Positions 12,050 through 24,903 of a stretch of 64,000 nucleotides of DNA are shown here, piece by piece. A model generated the notes under the pieces. It saw only the letters and a program-made list of their open reading frames with translations, had not been told where the DNA came from and ran no database searches. The position numbers and the translations under genes are program-made. The DNA is from Mobula hypostoma. Lineage: Eukaryota. The first letter of the stretch is position 1; the number at the start of each line of letters is the position of its first letter. Where the stretch lies: assembly GCF_963921235.1 (NCBI RefSeq), contig NC_086097.1, positions 53,136,001 to 53,200,000 on the forward strand, given 5' to 3'.

Positions 12050-15000
12050 GGAGGCCATAACTAGAAGCGAGGGAGGAGGGGAAGACTCCAAGCCAGGGTG
12101 TGAAACTTCCTCCACCCAGCATCTTGTTAGCAAATGTACAGTCACTGGAGAACAAGACTGAGGACCCAAGGGCGAGATTAATGTGTCGGGGCGAAATGAG
12201 GAATTGCTGCATTCTCTGTTTCATGGAGATGTAGCTCACTCTGAATAAACTAGGTACATTGCTAAGATCCGAGGGCTTTTTGATACATTGGATGGATCAG
12301 ACTGCTGACTTGAACAGAGCAAAATGTGAGGGTTTGTGTTTCATGATAAAGTCTTCATGGTGCTCAGATATAGTGGTCTTATTACACTCTTGTTCCCCTG
12401 ACCTGGAACATGTAATGATAAAGTGTTGACCATTCCACTTACCAAGAGAGTTCTCTTCCGTGACCCTGACCGCAGTTTACATACCACCAAAGGCCGATAT
12501 TAAGCAAGCACTCCATGTATTGAGTGCAGCAATTAGCAAACAAGAAACAACCAATCCCTGACACCTTTCAACTCATTATCAGGGAATCCAGTCGGTCTTG
12601 TTTGAAGAAGTCCCTGGCCCATTATCATCAACATATCGCCTGCAGCACGAGGGGTTCCAACACACTCAACCACTGTTAAACTATGATTAGGAATGCCTAC
12701 TGTTCCATCCCTGGATAGCATTTCAGGAAATCAGATCAAAGAGCAAGACTCCAGAGATTAGGATAACAAAGAGGTGGTTGCAGGAGGCAGAGGAGTGGCT
12801 ATGGAATTGCTTCAGACTGGTGGACAGGGCCGTGTTCAAGGACTCATCGAGGGACCTGAATGAATACACTACCGTTGTCACGGACTTTATGAAAACAGTC
12901 ATAGACGAGTGTGTCCCCACAAAGTTATAGAGTCTTTCCCAAACAGAAGCCCTGGATGAACGAAGATATACACAATCTGCTGAGGGGCAGATCAGTGGCA
13001 TTCAGGTATGGTGACAAAGTAAAATACAAAGGGTCAAGGTGTGACCTCCAGAAAGCTATTTCGCATGCGAAGTGGCAATTCCAGATCAAAGCTGAATCAC
13101 TGAAGGATGCTCAACAGCTGTGGCAGGGCTTGAATGTATCCTTCAAGAGGGTGAACCCATGGAAACCATCTGGCCCAGAAGGGGTACTTGGCCAAGTACT
13201 AAAGACCGTGCTGATCAACTGGCTGGAGTGATGTCTTTAACCTCTCTCTTCAGTGGTCTGAGGTAACCATTTGCTTCAAGCAGGCTTTAATTATGCCAGT
13301 GGCTAAGAAGAAGTTGGTAACCTGCCTCATCATCTAATATGCCAAAGAAGGATGTTATGGACGAAATGGGAGGTGAAGACCTCGATAAAATCATTATCAC
13401 TAAAGAGATAGTGATGAGCAAACTAGAGGGCCTGAAGGTAGATAAGTCCCCTGGTCCTGATGGGATGCATCCCAGGGTGCTGAAGGAATTGGCGGAGGTT
13501 ATAGTTGATGCATTGGTAATCATTTATCAAAACTCTCTAGACTCTGGCAGGTCCCGGCAGATTGGAAGACAGCAAATGTCATTTTTTAAAAAAGGATGTA
13601 GGGAAAAGGCGGGCAACTATAGGCCAGTTAGCTTAACATCTGTAGTCGGGGAAAATGCTTCAAGCTGTCATTAAGGAAGAAATAGCGAAACATTTAGAAG
13701 GTGTGGTTCCATTAGACAGACGCAGCATGGATTCAGAAAGGGCAGGTCCTGTTTGACACTTACTGGAGTTCTTTGAGGACATAATGAGTGCAGTGGATAG
13801 AGGGGAACAGCTGGATGTTGTATACTTGGATTTCCAGAAGGCGTTTGATAAGGTGCCGCACAAGAGACTTATAAATAAGATACGAATGCATGGAGTCAGA
13901 GGAAGTGTACTGGCACGGATAGTGGATTGGTTAACCAATAGAAGGCAGAGAGTTGGTATAAATGGGTGTTTCTCTGGTTGGCAGTCAGTGGTGAGTGGGG
14001 TGCTGCAGGGATCAGTGCTGGGCCCGCAGCTGTTTACCATTTACATCGATGATTTGGAAGAGGGGACTGAGTGTAGTGTAGCAAAATTTGCTGATGACAC
14101 TAAACTGAGTGGAAAAGCAAATTGTATAGAGGATGTGGAGAGTCTGCAAAGGGATATAGGGAAGTGAGTGGGCCAAGGTCTGGCAGATGGAATACAACGT
14201 TGGTAAATGCAAGATCATCCACTTTGGAAGGAATAGTAAAAGAGCAGATTATGATTTAAATGGTGAAAGATTGCAGCATGCTGTTGTGCAGAGGGAATTG
14301 GGAGTGCTTGTTCATGAAAAGTTGGTTTGCAGGTACAACAGATTATTAAGAAGGCAAACGGAATGTTGGCCTTCATTGCTAGAGGGATTGAATTCAAGAG
14401 CAGGGAGGTCATACTGCAACTATACAGGGTACTGGTGAGGCCGCACCTGGAGTACTGTGTGAAGTTCTGGTCTCCATACTTGAGGAAGGAGGCAGTGCAG
14501 AGGAGGTTCACCAGGTTGATTCCAGGGATGAAGGGGTTAACCTATGAGGAGAGATTGTGTCGCCTGGGACTATACTCTCTGAAGTTCAGAACAATCAGAG
14601 GGGATTTTATAGAAACATACAAAATTTTGAAAGGGATAGGTAAGAGAAGTAGGAAAGTTGTTTCCATTGGTAGGTGAGACTAGAACTAGGAGACATTGCC
14701 TCAAGATTCAGGGGAGAAGATTTAGGATGGAGATGAGGAGAAACTGTTCTTCCCAGGGAGTGGTGAATCTGTGGAATTCTCTGTCCAGGGAAGCAGTTGA
14801 GGCTTTCTCCCTAAATATATTTAAGAAACAGTCAGATAGGTTTTTACATAGTAAGAGAATTCAGGGTTACGGGGAAAAGGCAGGTAGATGGAGCTGAGTT
14901 TACGGACAGATCAGCCATGATCTTATTGAATGGCGGGGCAGGCTCGATGGGCCGGATGGCCTACTCCTGCTCCTATTTCTTATGTACTCAATGACCATCA

Positions 15001-15825
15001 TCAACTAGCACTATGATGAAGTGCTTTGAGAAGTTGATGATGACTTCTGTCTGAAAAATCACTTGGATCTGCTCCAATTTGCCTACCGCCACAACAGGTC
15101 AACATCAGATGCCATTTCATTGGCTTTTCACTCAACCCTGAAACATCTGGACAGTGAAGGTACAAACATCAGGATGCTCTTCATTGACTACAGCTCAGCA
15201 TTCAATATTATCATCCCCTCAAAACTAATTAATAAGCTCCAAGACCTTGGAATTGTTACCCCCTCGTGCAACTGGATCCTAGATTTCCTCACTTGCAGAT
15301 CCCAGACAATTTGGATTGACAACAACATCTCCTCCATAATCTCCATCAGTACAGGTTCATCACAAAACTGTGCTTAGCCTCCTGCTCTACTTGCTTTTTA
15401 CGTAAGACCGTGAAGCTAAGCACAGCTTCAATGCCGTATTCAAGTTTGCTGACAACACCACTGTTGTTGGCCAAATCAAAGGTGGTGACGAAACAGCATG
15501 GAAAATCTGGCTGAGTGGAGCCACAACAACAACCTCCCACTCAATGTCAACAAGACCAAGGAGCTGATTATTGACTTCAGGAGGAGGAAACCAGAGGGGC
15601 AGGAGCCAGTCCTCATCAAAGGATCAGAGATGGAGAGGGTCAGCAACTTTAAATTCTTTGGTGTTATCATTTCAGAGAATCTCTCTTGGGCCCAGCACAT
15701 AAGTGCCATTACAAAAAAAGCACAGCAGCTCCTCTACTGTCTTAGAAGTTTGCACAGATCTGGCATGTCATCGAAAACTTTGACAAACTTCTATAGATGC
15801 ATGGTGGAGAGTATACTGACTAGTT
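12050..15825 (+). mobile_element. Degenerate REX1-like LINE (endonuclease + RT), interrupted by a CR1 at 13330-14986
   Basis: Endonuclease start (atcttgttagcaaatgtacagtcactggagaacaag), FPKQKPWM, and RT (LQFAYRHNRST...[14 protein letters not shown]) resuming after 14986. Confidence 0.85.
13330..14986 (+). mobile_element. CR1/HER1-like LINE, 5'-truncated, frameshifted RT
   Basis: KSPGPDGMHPRVLKE, NYRPVSLTS, YLDFQKAFDKVPH, QGSVLGP, FADDTKL; 3' end gcctactcctgctcctatttcttatg. Confidence 0.92.
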
Positions 15826-17000
15826 AGATAGGCTGAAGTCAGCATGGTTTCCTTATGGGGAAATCTTGCCTGACAAAATCAGTTTGAATTTTTTGAAGAG
15901 ATAACAGGCAGGATAGATAAAGGATAGTCACTGAATGTTGTTTACTTGGACTTTCAGGAGGCCTTTGAGAAGGTGCCACACAAGGCTGCTAAACAAGATA
16001 AGAGCTATAGTATTACAGGAAAGATACTAGCTTAGATAGAGGATTGGCTGACTGGCAGGAGGCAAAGAGTAGGAATAAAGAGGGCCTTTACTGGCAGGCT
16101 GCTGCTGACCAGTGGTGTTCTGCAAGACTTGGTGTTCAGACCGCTTCTTTTCAGGTTATACTATCTGTCAGGGGTGTATGGGGTGTCAGGGAGGGGTAGC
16201 AGCTCTGGTGGGGGAGCATGTCGCGTCCTTTTCAGGGCAGTTAGTCCACCTTCAGTCCCCACCTGGCACTCATCTCTCACCTGTGGCTCCCCGTAGCTGT
16301 TTGCATGTGACAGTGGCCCCACCCTGGGCAACGGCTTCAACAAGCCGGCTAAACCAGGTGAGGGTAGCCGACGGGTCTCAAACCCTGGGTGAGATAGGGA
16401 GTTGTCTATCCCAGCATGTGAAGACAGACTCCGGAGGATTGAGCGGACGAGACCAATGGAAGATCCAACGGTCAAGAAGGCGGTCTCTGCAAGTGTCGTG
16501 GAACGTGTAGAGCAGGACAAGACACAGAAGACGTCCTGGTCATCCACTGTGCCTAGTCCCATCTCCAGCTGTCTAGACTCTGTCTTGCCACTGGATCCAG
16601 ATAGGAACTGGGAAGAGAGAGTGAGGCTGACGCTGTGCAACTCTCCCTCACTTAAATCCGAATCACACGCTAGTCTCGACACCATCATAATGGTGTCGAG
16701 GTCCTCATCGACGTTGACGATGGATGAACACACTATATGTCAGTGACCTGGATATGGAATTGACGTTTTTGTGGCCAAGTTTGCAGACGATACAAAGATA
16801 GGTGGAGTGGCAGGTATTATTGAGGAAGCAGGGAGTCTGCAGACGGAGAGAAGAATGTGCAAAGAAATGGCAAATGGAATTTGATGTAGGGAAGTGTATG
16901 GTCATGCACTTTGGTTGAAGGATTAAAGGTGTAGACTATTTTCTAAAACAGAAAAAAAATCAGAAATCATAGGTGCAAAGTGACTTGGAAGTCCTCATGC
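15826..17000 (+). mobile_element. Old CR1-like RT fragment interrupted by a non-autonomous element
   Basis: cagcatggtttccttatggggaaatcttgcctgacaaa...tttgcagacgatacaaag. Confidence 0.75.
16172..16731 (+). mobile_element. ~560-bp non-coding insertion, SINE-like (possibly RTE-derived)
   Basis: Flanked by actatctgtcag (16160-16171) and actatatgtcag (16732-16743); GC/CpG-rich; splits a CR1. Confidence 0.7.
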
Positions 17001-19114
17001 TTGCTTCCTACCGAAAACCTTGCATTTCTCCTTTTCAAAGTTCTAACAAAGGGTTGGAGATTGTCTCTCTTCCCACAGATGCTGCCTCACGTGCTGAGAT
17101 TTACCAGTATTTTGGTTCTTGATACAGTATCTTTTGCAGTTCATCAGGAAAGGATGAACTTGCGCAAAGGGTGGGGAAATGAGGAGAGATGATATTCTTC
17201 ACCAAGTTTGGAACTGGGAATTCATTCCAGGGATAGTAAATGGAAGAAGATAGTTCAGGAAAACATGGAATTAGGGCAGCTCAGGTACAAAGTAGCCACC
17301 TTGAACAGGAAGATGAAGCAAAACCAAAAAAAAATACATGTGGGCAACAGACAAAGATCACAATAACGATCACTTATGATAATTTCTGTGATCTTTCCAT
17401 TTTAATTATGTAACCATTTTGAAGCATCTAGCTAACAGAAAGAGTTATGAAACAAATAATATATTTGGTACCTAGTTAAGGTTTTCAAATTCAGACATTC
17501 TATAAATTATAGGGTGTGAGTTAAATATGGACTTATTTTAAAGAATTTATGTTAGGATTTCATAAACCACACTGTAATGTTTACACATGATCTCCTCCTC
17601 CTGCTGGTCTTTTCACACCATTGCTTACCAATATAGAAGCCTTCTCACACAAGATGACTTTATTCTACAATAACAGAGACCATTTATTATTCATACTGCG
17701 ATCATTTTACTTGGTGTTATAATGGCTCTCTTTCTCTCATTGTTACACTTGGATTTTCATTATATTGCTTGACAATTAGAAGCAAGCAAAATCAACTATT
17801 TTGATTTATTAGATCAAAGATCTGTTTTCAATCCCTTAGGCTTTCCCTTGAATTAGGATACCTCTGATATTGAAAGATAGTGCCAAGGGAACATTCCAGA
17901 AAGAAGCTAGATGTTGAGAATGGTGTCAAAAAACGAAACAAGCTCATCAAACGAGAGACAGGAATGAAAAGTGAGACCGACAGCTGAATCTTGTGGGACG
18001 TACACAGTTCATAGGAGATAATGAACAGAACTTTCAAAAGACTGTATCCTCATGGTAGGATTGGGAAACCACCAGCTAGTGAAAGCTGTGGTGCCCTGTA
18101 TGTAAATGAGTTACATCAAGATAACAAGGACAGGGAAAAGGTTTACCAACCTTATTTCCTTGTTTTAATAAGCAACAGGACTGAATCACTGCAAGAAATC
18201 GCCCACAAATGCAATGAATCATGATTGCAGAAGTAACTGCTACAGTAAACTGCAATACAAAATCGAAAAGGGCATTAATCAACAAACAATGCATTTAAAT
18301 CTGTTCTTTAAAAAAAGCAACTAGGCCTTCCTGGAGTAATTGTGACTAATGAACACAACTTTCAAAAAACTGTATCCTCATGGTAGAATTGGAGAAACCA
18401 TCAGCACGTGAAAGTTGTAAAGCTAGGTTTAGTTCCTGGTTTGAATACTTTTCAGAAACACCCACAGAATTTAACAAAGTACAAACAAGCCTAGAATTCA
18501 TCAGGCCTCCCTCAATAACTTAGTATTTTGTGAGAAAAAATTAACATTTCACAAGAAAGTTATGTGACCCTGTGCTACCTCATGAAAGTTAAAAAAATAT
18601 TTAATCAGCATTGTTCATTCATTCAATGATATTGATTTTTTTTCCCATGACTGCACTCGGACCATTGCATAACGTTAAGCATTAAGTTTGATGACAGCTT
18701 TGACTGGTTCAAGGTTTATAAATAAACTTAACCAGATTATTGCACAGAATTATATAAACAAAGATAGATTTTCACAAGCTTTATCTGTTTATGTAGGCAC
18801 AGTCTTGAGTTGCTTGGTGAAAAAAGCTGGTTATGCAGAAATCTAACACATTTATATCCCTGCGGTTTAGCAGATTGAAATCTGTTGCACTGTTCTTGGT
18901 TTTCTTTTGCTTTTTTTTCTGGAGGAAATTGAATTGGCTGATTTTCTTTCATCCTAGCTGACTGCTCCCAGAACAGCTGCTGTTGTAACTGAGAGCAGTG
19001 TGCCATTTTATGGGTCTCTGTTTCCAACACGATTTTGTTGTCATGATGATTTAGAATAGTGTTTGTATCTTAAACAAACACACAGTAGAGTTTCTACAGT
19101 TTTAGGATGATAGT

Positions 19115-19460
19115 GGACACAGTACTAGAGCTGTCAAAGTGGCAGCCTCACTGTGCTGAAGACATAGGTTCAACTCTGAACCCTTTCTGTGTACTTGGAG
19201 TCTGCACATATCTTTGTGACTTGGTTGATTTCCTTTGTGTGCTCTGGTTTCCTCCCATAATCCAAAGACGTGCAGATTGACAGGTGAATTGGCCATTCTA
19301 AATTGCCCTTAATGTGTACATGAGTGGTAAAATTTGGAAGGATTGATGAGAATGTGGGGAGAATATAAAATAGGATTAATGTAGAATGAGCATAAATGGT
19401 TAAGCATTAATTGTCAACACAAACTTAGAGCACTGAATGGTGCTGTACCAATGGTTCCAT
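19115..19460 (+). mobile_element. HE1-like V-SINE
   Basis: V-domain-like ...tgctctggtttcctcccataatccaaagacgtgcag...ggtgaattggccattctaaattgccc. A related copy lies at ~29310-29520. Confidence 0.7.
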
Positions 19461-20584
19461 GACTCAGGATGGTAGGCTCGCTTTTCTTCTGTACTTCACA
19501 TGGAACTTGCTTTAAACAATTACAAAATAGCTTCCATTTATTTAATGCCTTTAAAGTAATCCTTGATTTCCTGACCAGCAGACTGCAATCACACAAAATG
19601 CTGGAGGAACTCAGCAGGTCAGGCTGTTTCAAACCACTTACATCCAGTACAAATCAGACTCTGGACCCAGGTTATTTCAGTTCACCACTCCCCCCCGCCC
19701 CCCAACACACACACACAAACACACACACTACGTTTCTAATGAACTTGCATTGATTCTCCTACCTTATCAGAGAGCATCCCACAAATTACTACCTATTTGG
19801 AAATTATCTCTGATTTAGCAGGTTATCAGTAGGGCCTTCAGTATGTCCATGTTTGATTACATCGATCCAGAAAAAGTTAATTCAGAAAACCATTTCACAA
19901 AATGGTGGTCACAAGAACAGTCTCACAAAATGACAGCTTCCACTTCTTTCATTCACCATATGACAAAAATAAAGACATTTGTTGCATCTACTTGTTCACT
20001 GTCCTTGAGCTGGTCCAGCCAGCTGTTTTGCAGACTTGTAATTTCTTTAAGCCAAGAACACCTCTGCCAAGATTATTCTTCACATCAGCGCCCCATAAGG
20101 CTGCATCCTCAGTTCCTTACTCTATTCCCTGTACACTCATGACTGTGTGGACAGATTCGGCTCTAACCCCAATTTGCAAACTGTGTAGCGGGCTGAATCT
20201 TAAATGACTGAGTCAGAATACAAAAAGATAGAGCCTCATGGGTTGATGTCAAAACAACCTTTCCCTCAATGTCAGTAAAAGAGCTTATTGTCAACTTTAG
20301 GTGGGGGGGGGGTGAATATTCTCCTGTTTACATCCATGGTGCTGAGGTCAAGCAACCATTCTGCCTGTGACTGTAAGAAAACTACAGAAAGTTGTGGACA
20401 CAACTCAGCAAATCACAGAAACCAGCCATGGATTTTGTCTACACTCCTTGATAAAGTAGCCAGCATAATCAAAATCGCCAAGCCATTCTCTCTTATCCCC
20501 TTCTCTCATTAGGCAGAAGACACAAAAACCTGAAAGCAGATACCACCAGGCTTAAGGACTATTCTAGTGTTATAATACTATTGA

Positions 20585-20894
20585 TGTGTTGGCGCGTGGC
20601 CAAGTGGTTAAGGCGTTCGTCTAGTGATTTGAAGGTCGCTAGTTCGAGCCTTGGCTGAGGCAGCGTGTTATGTCCTTGAGCAAGGCACTTAACCACACAT
20701 TGCTCTGCGACGACACCGGTGCCAAGCTGTATGGGTCCTAATGCCTTTCCCTCGGACAACATCAGTGGCATGGAGAGGGGAGACTTGCAGCGTGGGCAAC
20801 TCCTGGTCTTCCATACAACCTTGCCAAGGCCTGCACCCTGGAAACCTTCCAAGGCGCAAATCCATGGTCTCATGAGACTAACGGATGCCTATAA
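20585..20894 (+). mobile_element. tRNA-derived SINE with CORE-like block
   Basis: Pol III A box TGGCCAAGTGG (20597-20607), B box GTTCGAGCC (20642-20650), tgtccttgagcaaggcacttaacc; perfect 11-bp TSD aatactattga (20574-20584, 20895-20905). Confidence 0.88.
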
Positions 20895-20974
20895 AATACT
20901 ATTGAACAGTTCCATTTTACAATAAGATGGACTCTTGAGCTCACAATCTACCTCATTAAGGCTTTGCACATTAT

Positions 20975-22480
20975 TGATTCAAAGATTCAAAGTACACTTA
21001 TTAGCAAAAAAATGTATAAATTATACAACCTTGAGATTTGTCTGCTTACAGGCAGCCACAAAGCAAGGAACCCGAAGGAACTCAATTAAAAAAAATGCAC
21101 AGAGAACAAGAAAAAAAACACAAGTCGTGCAACGAAAGAAGCGAGCAACAGCATTCCAAACCAAATTGAGTCCTTGGATCTGAATCCACAGAGCAGCCCA
21201 AAGTATGCCCAAGCCTCGGTCTCAGCTCATCACATTAGTGGGGTAAATTGCCACAAAGCTGGCAGATCCAAAGCATAGCAGCTGGGCGGTCTCACAGCCT
21301 GAGCCTCACAGAGAGGCACGAACATTGTGGGAGAGCGAGTGATATCGGTCTGACTCTCGCCTCTGGTCCGGACACCCTGTTTTTCCAGTCTATCTGGGCC
21401 GGCAATCAAATTGTCCAGCCCAAGAGGCAGATCGCGCCCTGTATTAGGACCCGGGTCCCACCACAGCGATTTGCTCCGGGCCTGGACCTCGCCGCCCAGC
21501 GATTCGCTCCGGGCCTGGACCTCGCCGCCCAGCGATTCGCTCCGGGCCTGGACCTCGCCGCCCAGCAATTCGTTCCGGGCCTATACCAGCCTGCCCGTGA
21601 TTTGCTCTGGGCCTAGACCACGCCGCCCAGTGATTCGCTCGGGGCCTGGACCTCGCCGCCCAGCGATTCGCTCCAGGCCTGGACCTCGCTGCCCAGCGAG
21701 TCGCTCGGGGCCTGGACCTCGCCGCCCAGCGAGTCGCTCTGGGCCTGGACCTTGCCGCCCAGTGATTCTCTCCGGGCCTGGACCTCGCCGCCCAGCGAGT
21801 CGCTCCGGGCCTGGACCTCGCCGCCCAGCAATTCGTTCCGGGCCTATACCAGGCCGCCCAGCGATTTGCTCTGGGCCTAGACCACGCTGCCCAGCGATTC
21901 ATTCAGGGCCTGGACCTCGCCACCCAGCAATTCGTTCTGGGCCTATACCAGGCTGCCCGCGATTTGCTCAGGGTCTAGACCACGCCGCCCAGTGATTCGC
22001 TCCGGGCCTGGACCTCGCCGCCCAGCGAGTCGCTCCGGACCTGGACCTCGCCGCCCAGCGAGTCGCTCCGGGGCTGGACCTCGCCGCCCAGTGATTCGTT
22101 CAGGGCCTGGACCTCGCCGCCCAGCGAGTCGCTCCGGGCCTAGACCACGCCGCCCAGCTTGAAGCCGTTCTCCACCTCTCCAAATTGGCTCGGCGGTTAC
22201 ACCAATCCAGGCTCACACCCGGGTTGCTTAGATGGGCGTTGAAACTCCTCTGTCTCGACTCCTCCTCTCCGAATCACTCACTCCAACTCCATCCGTGTTG
22301 ATATGCAACGCACCAGCACGGCTCATCCCTTGAATTTGCTCCGCCTTCGCTGGCCTCTTCATTAATTACGTGATAGTTTAACACAATTTACTTCAGAAAA
22401 TATGTTATTAATAATGTTTTTGGTCAAATGTCTTGCCTTTCTAACTAGTCACCTTCAGTAGTGCCATCTTAAATCAGAAA
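20975..22480 (-). mobile_element. Non-autonomous REX1-type element carrying a minisatellite
   Basis: 5' end tttctgatttaagatggc; 3' tail (TTTGAATC)n; related segments at ~40485-40970 and ~44350-44947. Confidence 0.65.
21467..22158. repeat. 33-bp GC/CpG-rich minisatellite, ~21 units
   Basis: Unit ctccgggcctggacctcgccgcccagcgattcg; produces 11-aa periodic pseudo-ORFs. Confidence 0.95.
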
Positions 22481-23197
22481 TTTAAGTCTATGTGCACTGC
22501 ACTTTTCCTGAAATTGTAACACATTATTCTGCACTCTGTTATTGTTGTTATCCTCAACTATCTCAAGGCACTGTTGTAATGAAATTATCTGTACAGTATG
22601 CAAACAAACCTTTCACTGTACCTGGTGCATGCAACAGTAATAAATGAACTTACCATTTTAAAGAGCATCACAGCTGCCAAATGGAATTAGATAACAATGT
22701 GTAAATATTAGTACAGATAAGCACCAGCTTGGTCAGAGTGGTAGTTTTGTGGAATGTCTTACGGAAGGAAAATAAAAGAGAAGGAAGGAGGTTTAGGTAG
22801 GAACTTGTAAACTGAAGGCAAATCTGCTGGGGAGTCCATTCCGTAGGCTAGAAATGGTAGAAAGTAGACTGCTCGGAGGGTTACAGGGATGGAGAATATG
22901 AGGTAGTTTTCCAGAGGTGTTTGCAAACTTGGGTGAAATTGTTGACACTGAGGCATTGCCACAGTAGGTGACTGGAGTGATGGTAGTTCATGTGAGCTTA
23001 GGACACGGACACTATAGTCCATTATGGCCTCAAGTTGACAGAGAGCAGAATGATGGGGCCAGCAGTGGGAGCCACAATAGCTACAAATAAAACATGGACA
23101 AGGTTTACAACAGTGGATACGCTCAGGTAGGGTTCGTTTTGGAGGTGGAATTAGGCAGTTTTCGTAATGATGCAGATATGTGGTCCAAAGCACAGTA

Positions 23198-23975
23198 AAG
23201 TCAAGTCAAGTCGCTTTTATGTCATTTCAACCATAACTGAAAGTACAGTACACAGTAAAAACGAAACAACATTCCTCCAGGACCATGGCGCTACATGAAA
23301 CAACACAAAACTACACTAGACTATGTGAGACAGCACACAGCTACACTAGACTACGTGAATCAACACAAAACTACACTAGACTACCTGAAACAACACAAAA
23401 CTACACTAGACTACGTGAATCAACACAAAACTACACTAGACTACCTGAAACAACACAAAACTACACTAGACTACGTGAATCAACACAAAACTACACTAGA
23501 CTACCTGAAACAACACAAAACTACACTAGACTACGTGAATCAACACAAAACTACACTAGACTACGTGAATCAACACAAAACTACACTAGACAACCTGAAA
23601 CAACACAAAACTACACTATACTATGTGAATCAACACAAAACTACACTAGACTACCTGAAACAACATGAAACTACACTAGACTACCTGAAACAACACGAAA
23701 CTACACTAGACTACGTGAATCAACACAAAACTAGACTACCTGAAACAACACAAAACTACACTAGACTACGTGAATCAACACAAAACTACACTAGACTACC
23801 TGAAACAACACAAAATTACACTAGACTACGTGAAACAACACAAAACTACATTAAACTTCAGGCCTACACAGGACTACGTAAAGTGCACAAAACAGTGCAA
23901 GACAGTATAATAATTAATAAACAAGACAATAGGTACAGTAAAGGACAAATTACAATATAATAATAAATGACGTAA
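23198..23975 (-). mobile_element. REX1-like 3'UTR fragment (same family as 255-1366)
   Basis: Co-linear with 257-560, including the (TTGAC)n tail. Confidence 0.88.
23290..23850. repeat. 30-bp minisatellite, ~18-19 units
   Basis: Unit ctacactagactac(g/c)tgaa(t/a)caacacaaaa; one 5-bp-deleted unit at ~23731. Confidence 0.95.
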
Positions 23976-24109
23976 AACTTTGATAATCTAGAACCCTCAG
24001 ATTAACATTAGTGTCAGAATGACAGATGCTATGGACTGTTGGATACTGCTCCTATTAACTCAACAGACCTTTAATGCACATCTTAAGTAAAAAAAAAGCT
24101 TATTACACT

Positions 24110-24334
24110 CAAACAACAGGAATTCTGCAGATGCTGGAAATTCAAGCAACATACATCAAAGTTGCTGGTGAACGCAGCAGGCCAAGCAGCATCTGTAGGA
24201 AGAGGTGCAGTCGACGTTTCAGGCCGAGACCCTTCGTCAGGACTAACTGAAGGAAGAGTGAGTAAGGGATTTGAAAGTTGGAGGGGGAGGGGGAGATCCA
24301 AAATGATAGGAGAAGACAGGAGGGGGAGGGATAG
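24110..24334 (-). mobile_element. Penelope-like 3' terminus insertion (225 bp)
   Basis: Perfect 13-bp TSD agcttattacact (24097-24109, 24335-24347); contains a hammerhead motif. Confidence 0.88.
24208..24245 (-). ncRNA. Minimal type-I hammerhead ribozyme motif (core intact)
   Basis: UAGUC-CUGACGA-A-GGGUCUCGGCCU-GAAAC-GUC^GACUG. Confidence 0.75.
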
Positions 24335-24357
24335 AGCTTATTACACTGTATTATTGT

Positions 24358-24903
24358 AAGATGCTGGAAATCCGAGCAACAAACAGAAAATGCTGGAGGA
24401 ACTCCGCAAGGCCAGGCAGCATCTATGGAAAAAAGTACAGTTGACGTTTTGGGCCAAAACCTTCAGCAGGACTGGAGAGGAAAGGCAGAGGAGTAAATAT
24501 AAAAGATGATGGGGAGGGGGAGGGCAGAGAAACACCAGATGACAGGTGAAACCTGAAGGGGGAGGGATGAAGTAAAGAGCTGGGAAGTTGATTGGTGAAA
24601 GAGATAGAAGGCCATGGAAGAAAGAAAAAAAAAGGGGGGCGAGCACCAGAGGGAGGTGATGGGCAGGCAAGAGGATAAAGTGAGAGAAGGAAAAGGGGAT
24701 GGAAAATGGTGAAGGGGAGCAAATGGGGGGCATTACGGGAAGTTTGAGAAATCGATGCTTATGTCATCAGGTTGGAGGCTATCCAAATGGAATATAAGGT
24801 GTTGTTCCTCCATCCTAAGTGTGGCCTTATCATGACAGTGGCGGAGGCCATGGATGAACATATCGGAATAGGAATGGGAAGTGGAATTAAAATGGGTGGC
24901 TAC
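24358..24903 (-). mobile_element. Penelope-like 3' fragment (older subfamily)
   Basis: GIY-YIG C-terminal sequence plus terminus; hammerhead degenerate (CUGCUGA, AAAA). Confidence 0.8.

Noticed and set aside
20590..20665. Possible tRNA gene
   Set aside because: The tRNA-like head continues into a SINE body flanked by a TSD.
21230..21995. Arg/Pro/Gly-rich ORFs
   Set aside because: Translations of the 33-bp minisatellite, open on both strands.
23285..23960. 221-aa and 127-aa repetitive ORFs; superficially CRISPR-like periodicity
   Set aside because: Head-to-tail 30-bp units with no unique spacers, inside a LINE 3'UTR, in eukaryotic DNA. The ORFs are artefacts of the unit length.
24208..24475. 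Tandem hammerheads that might form an intramolecular dimer
   Set aside because: The second motif has two core mutations and belongs to a separate, older insertion.
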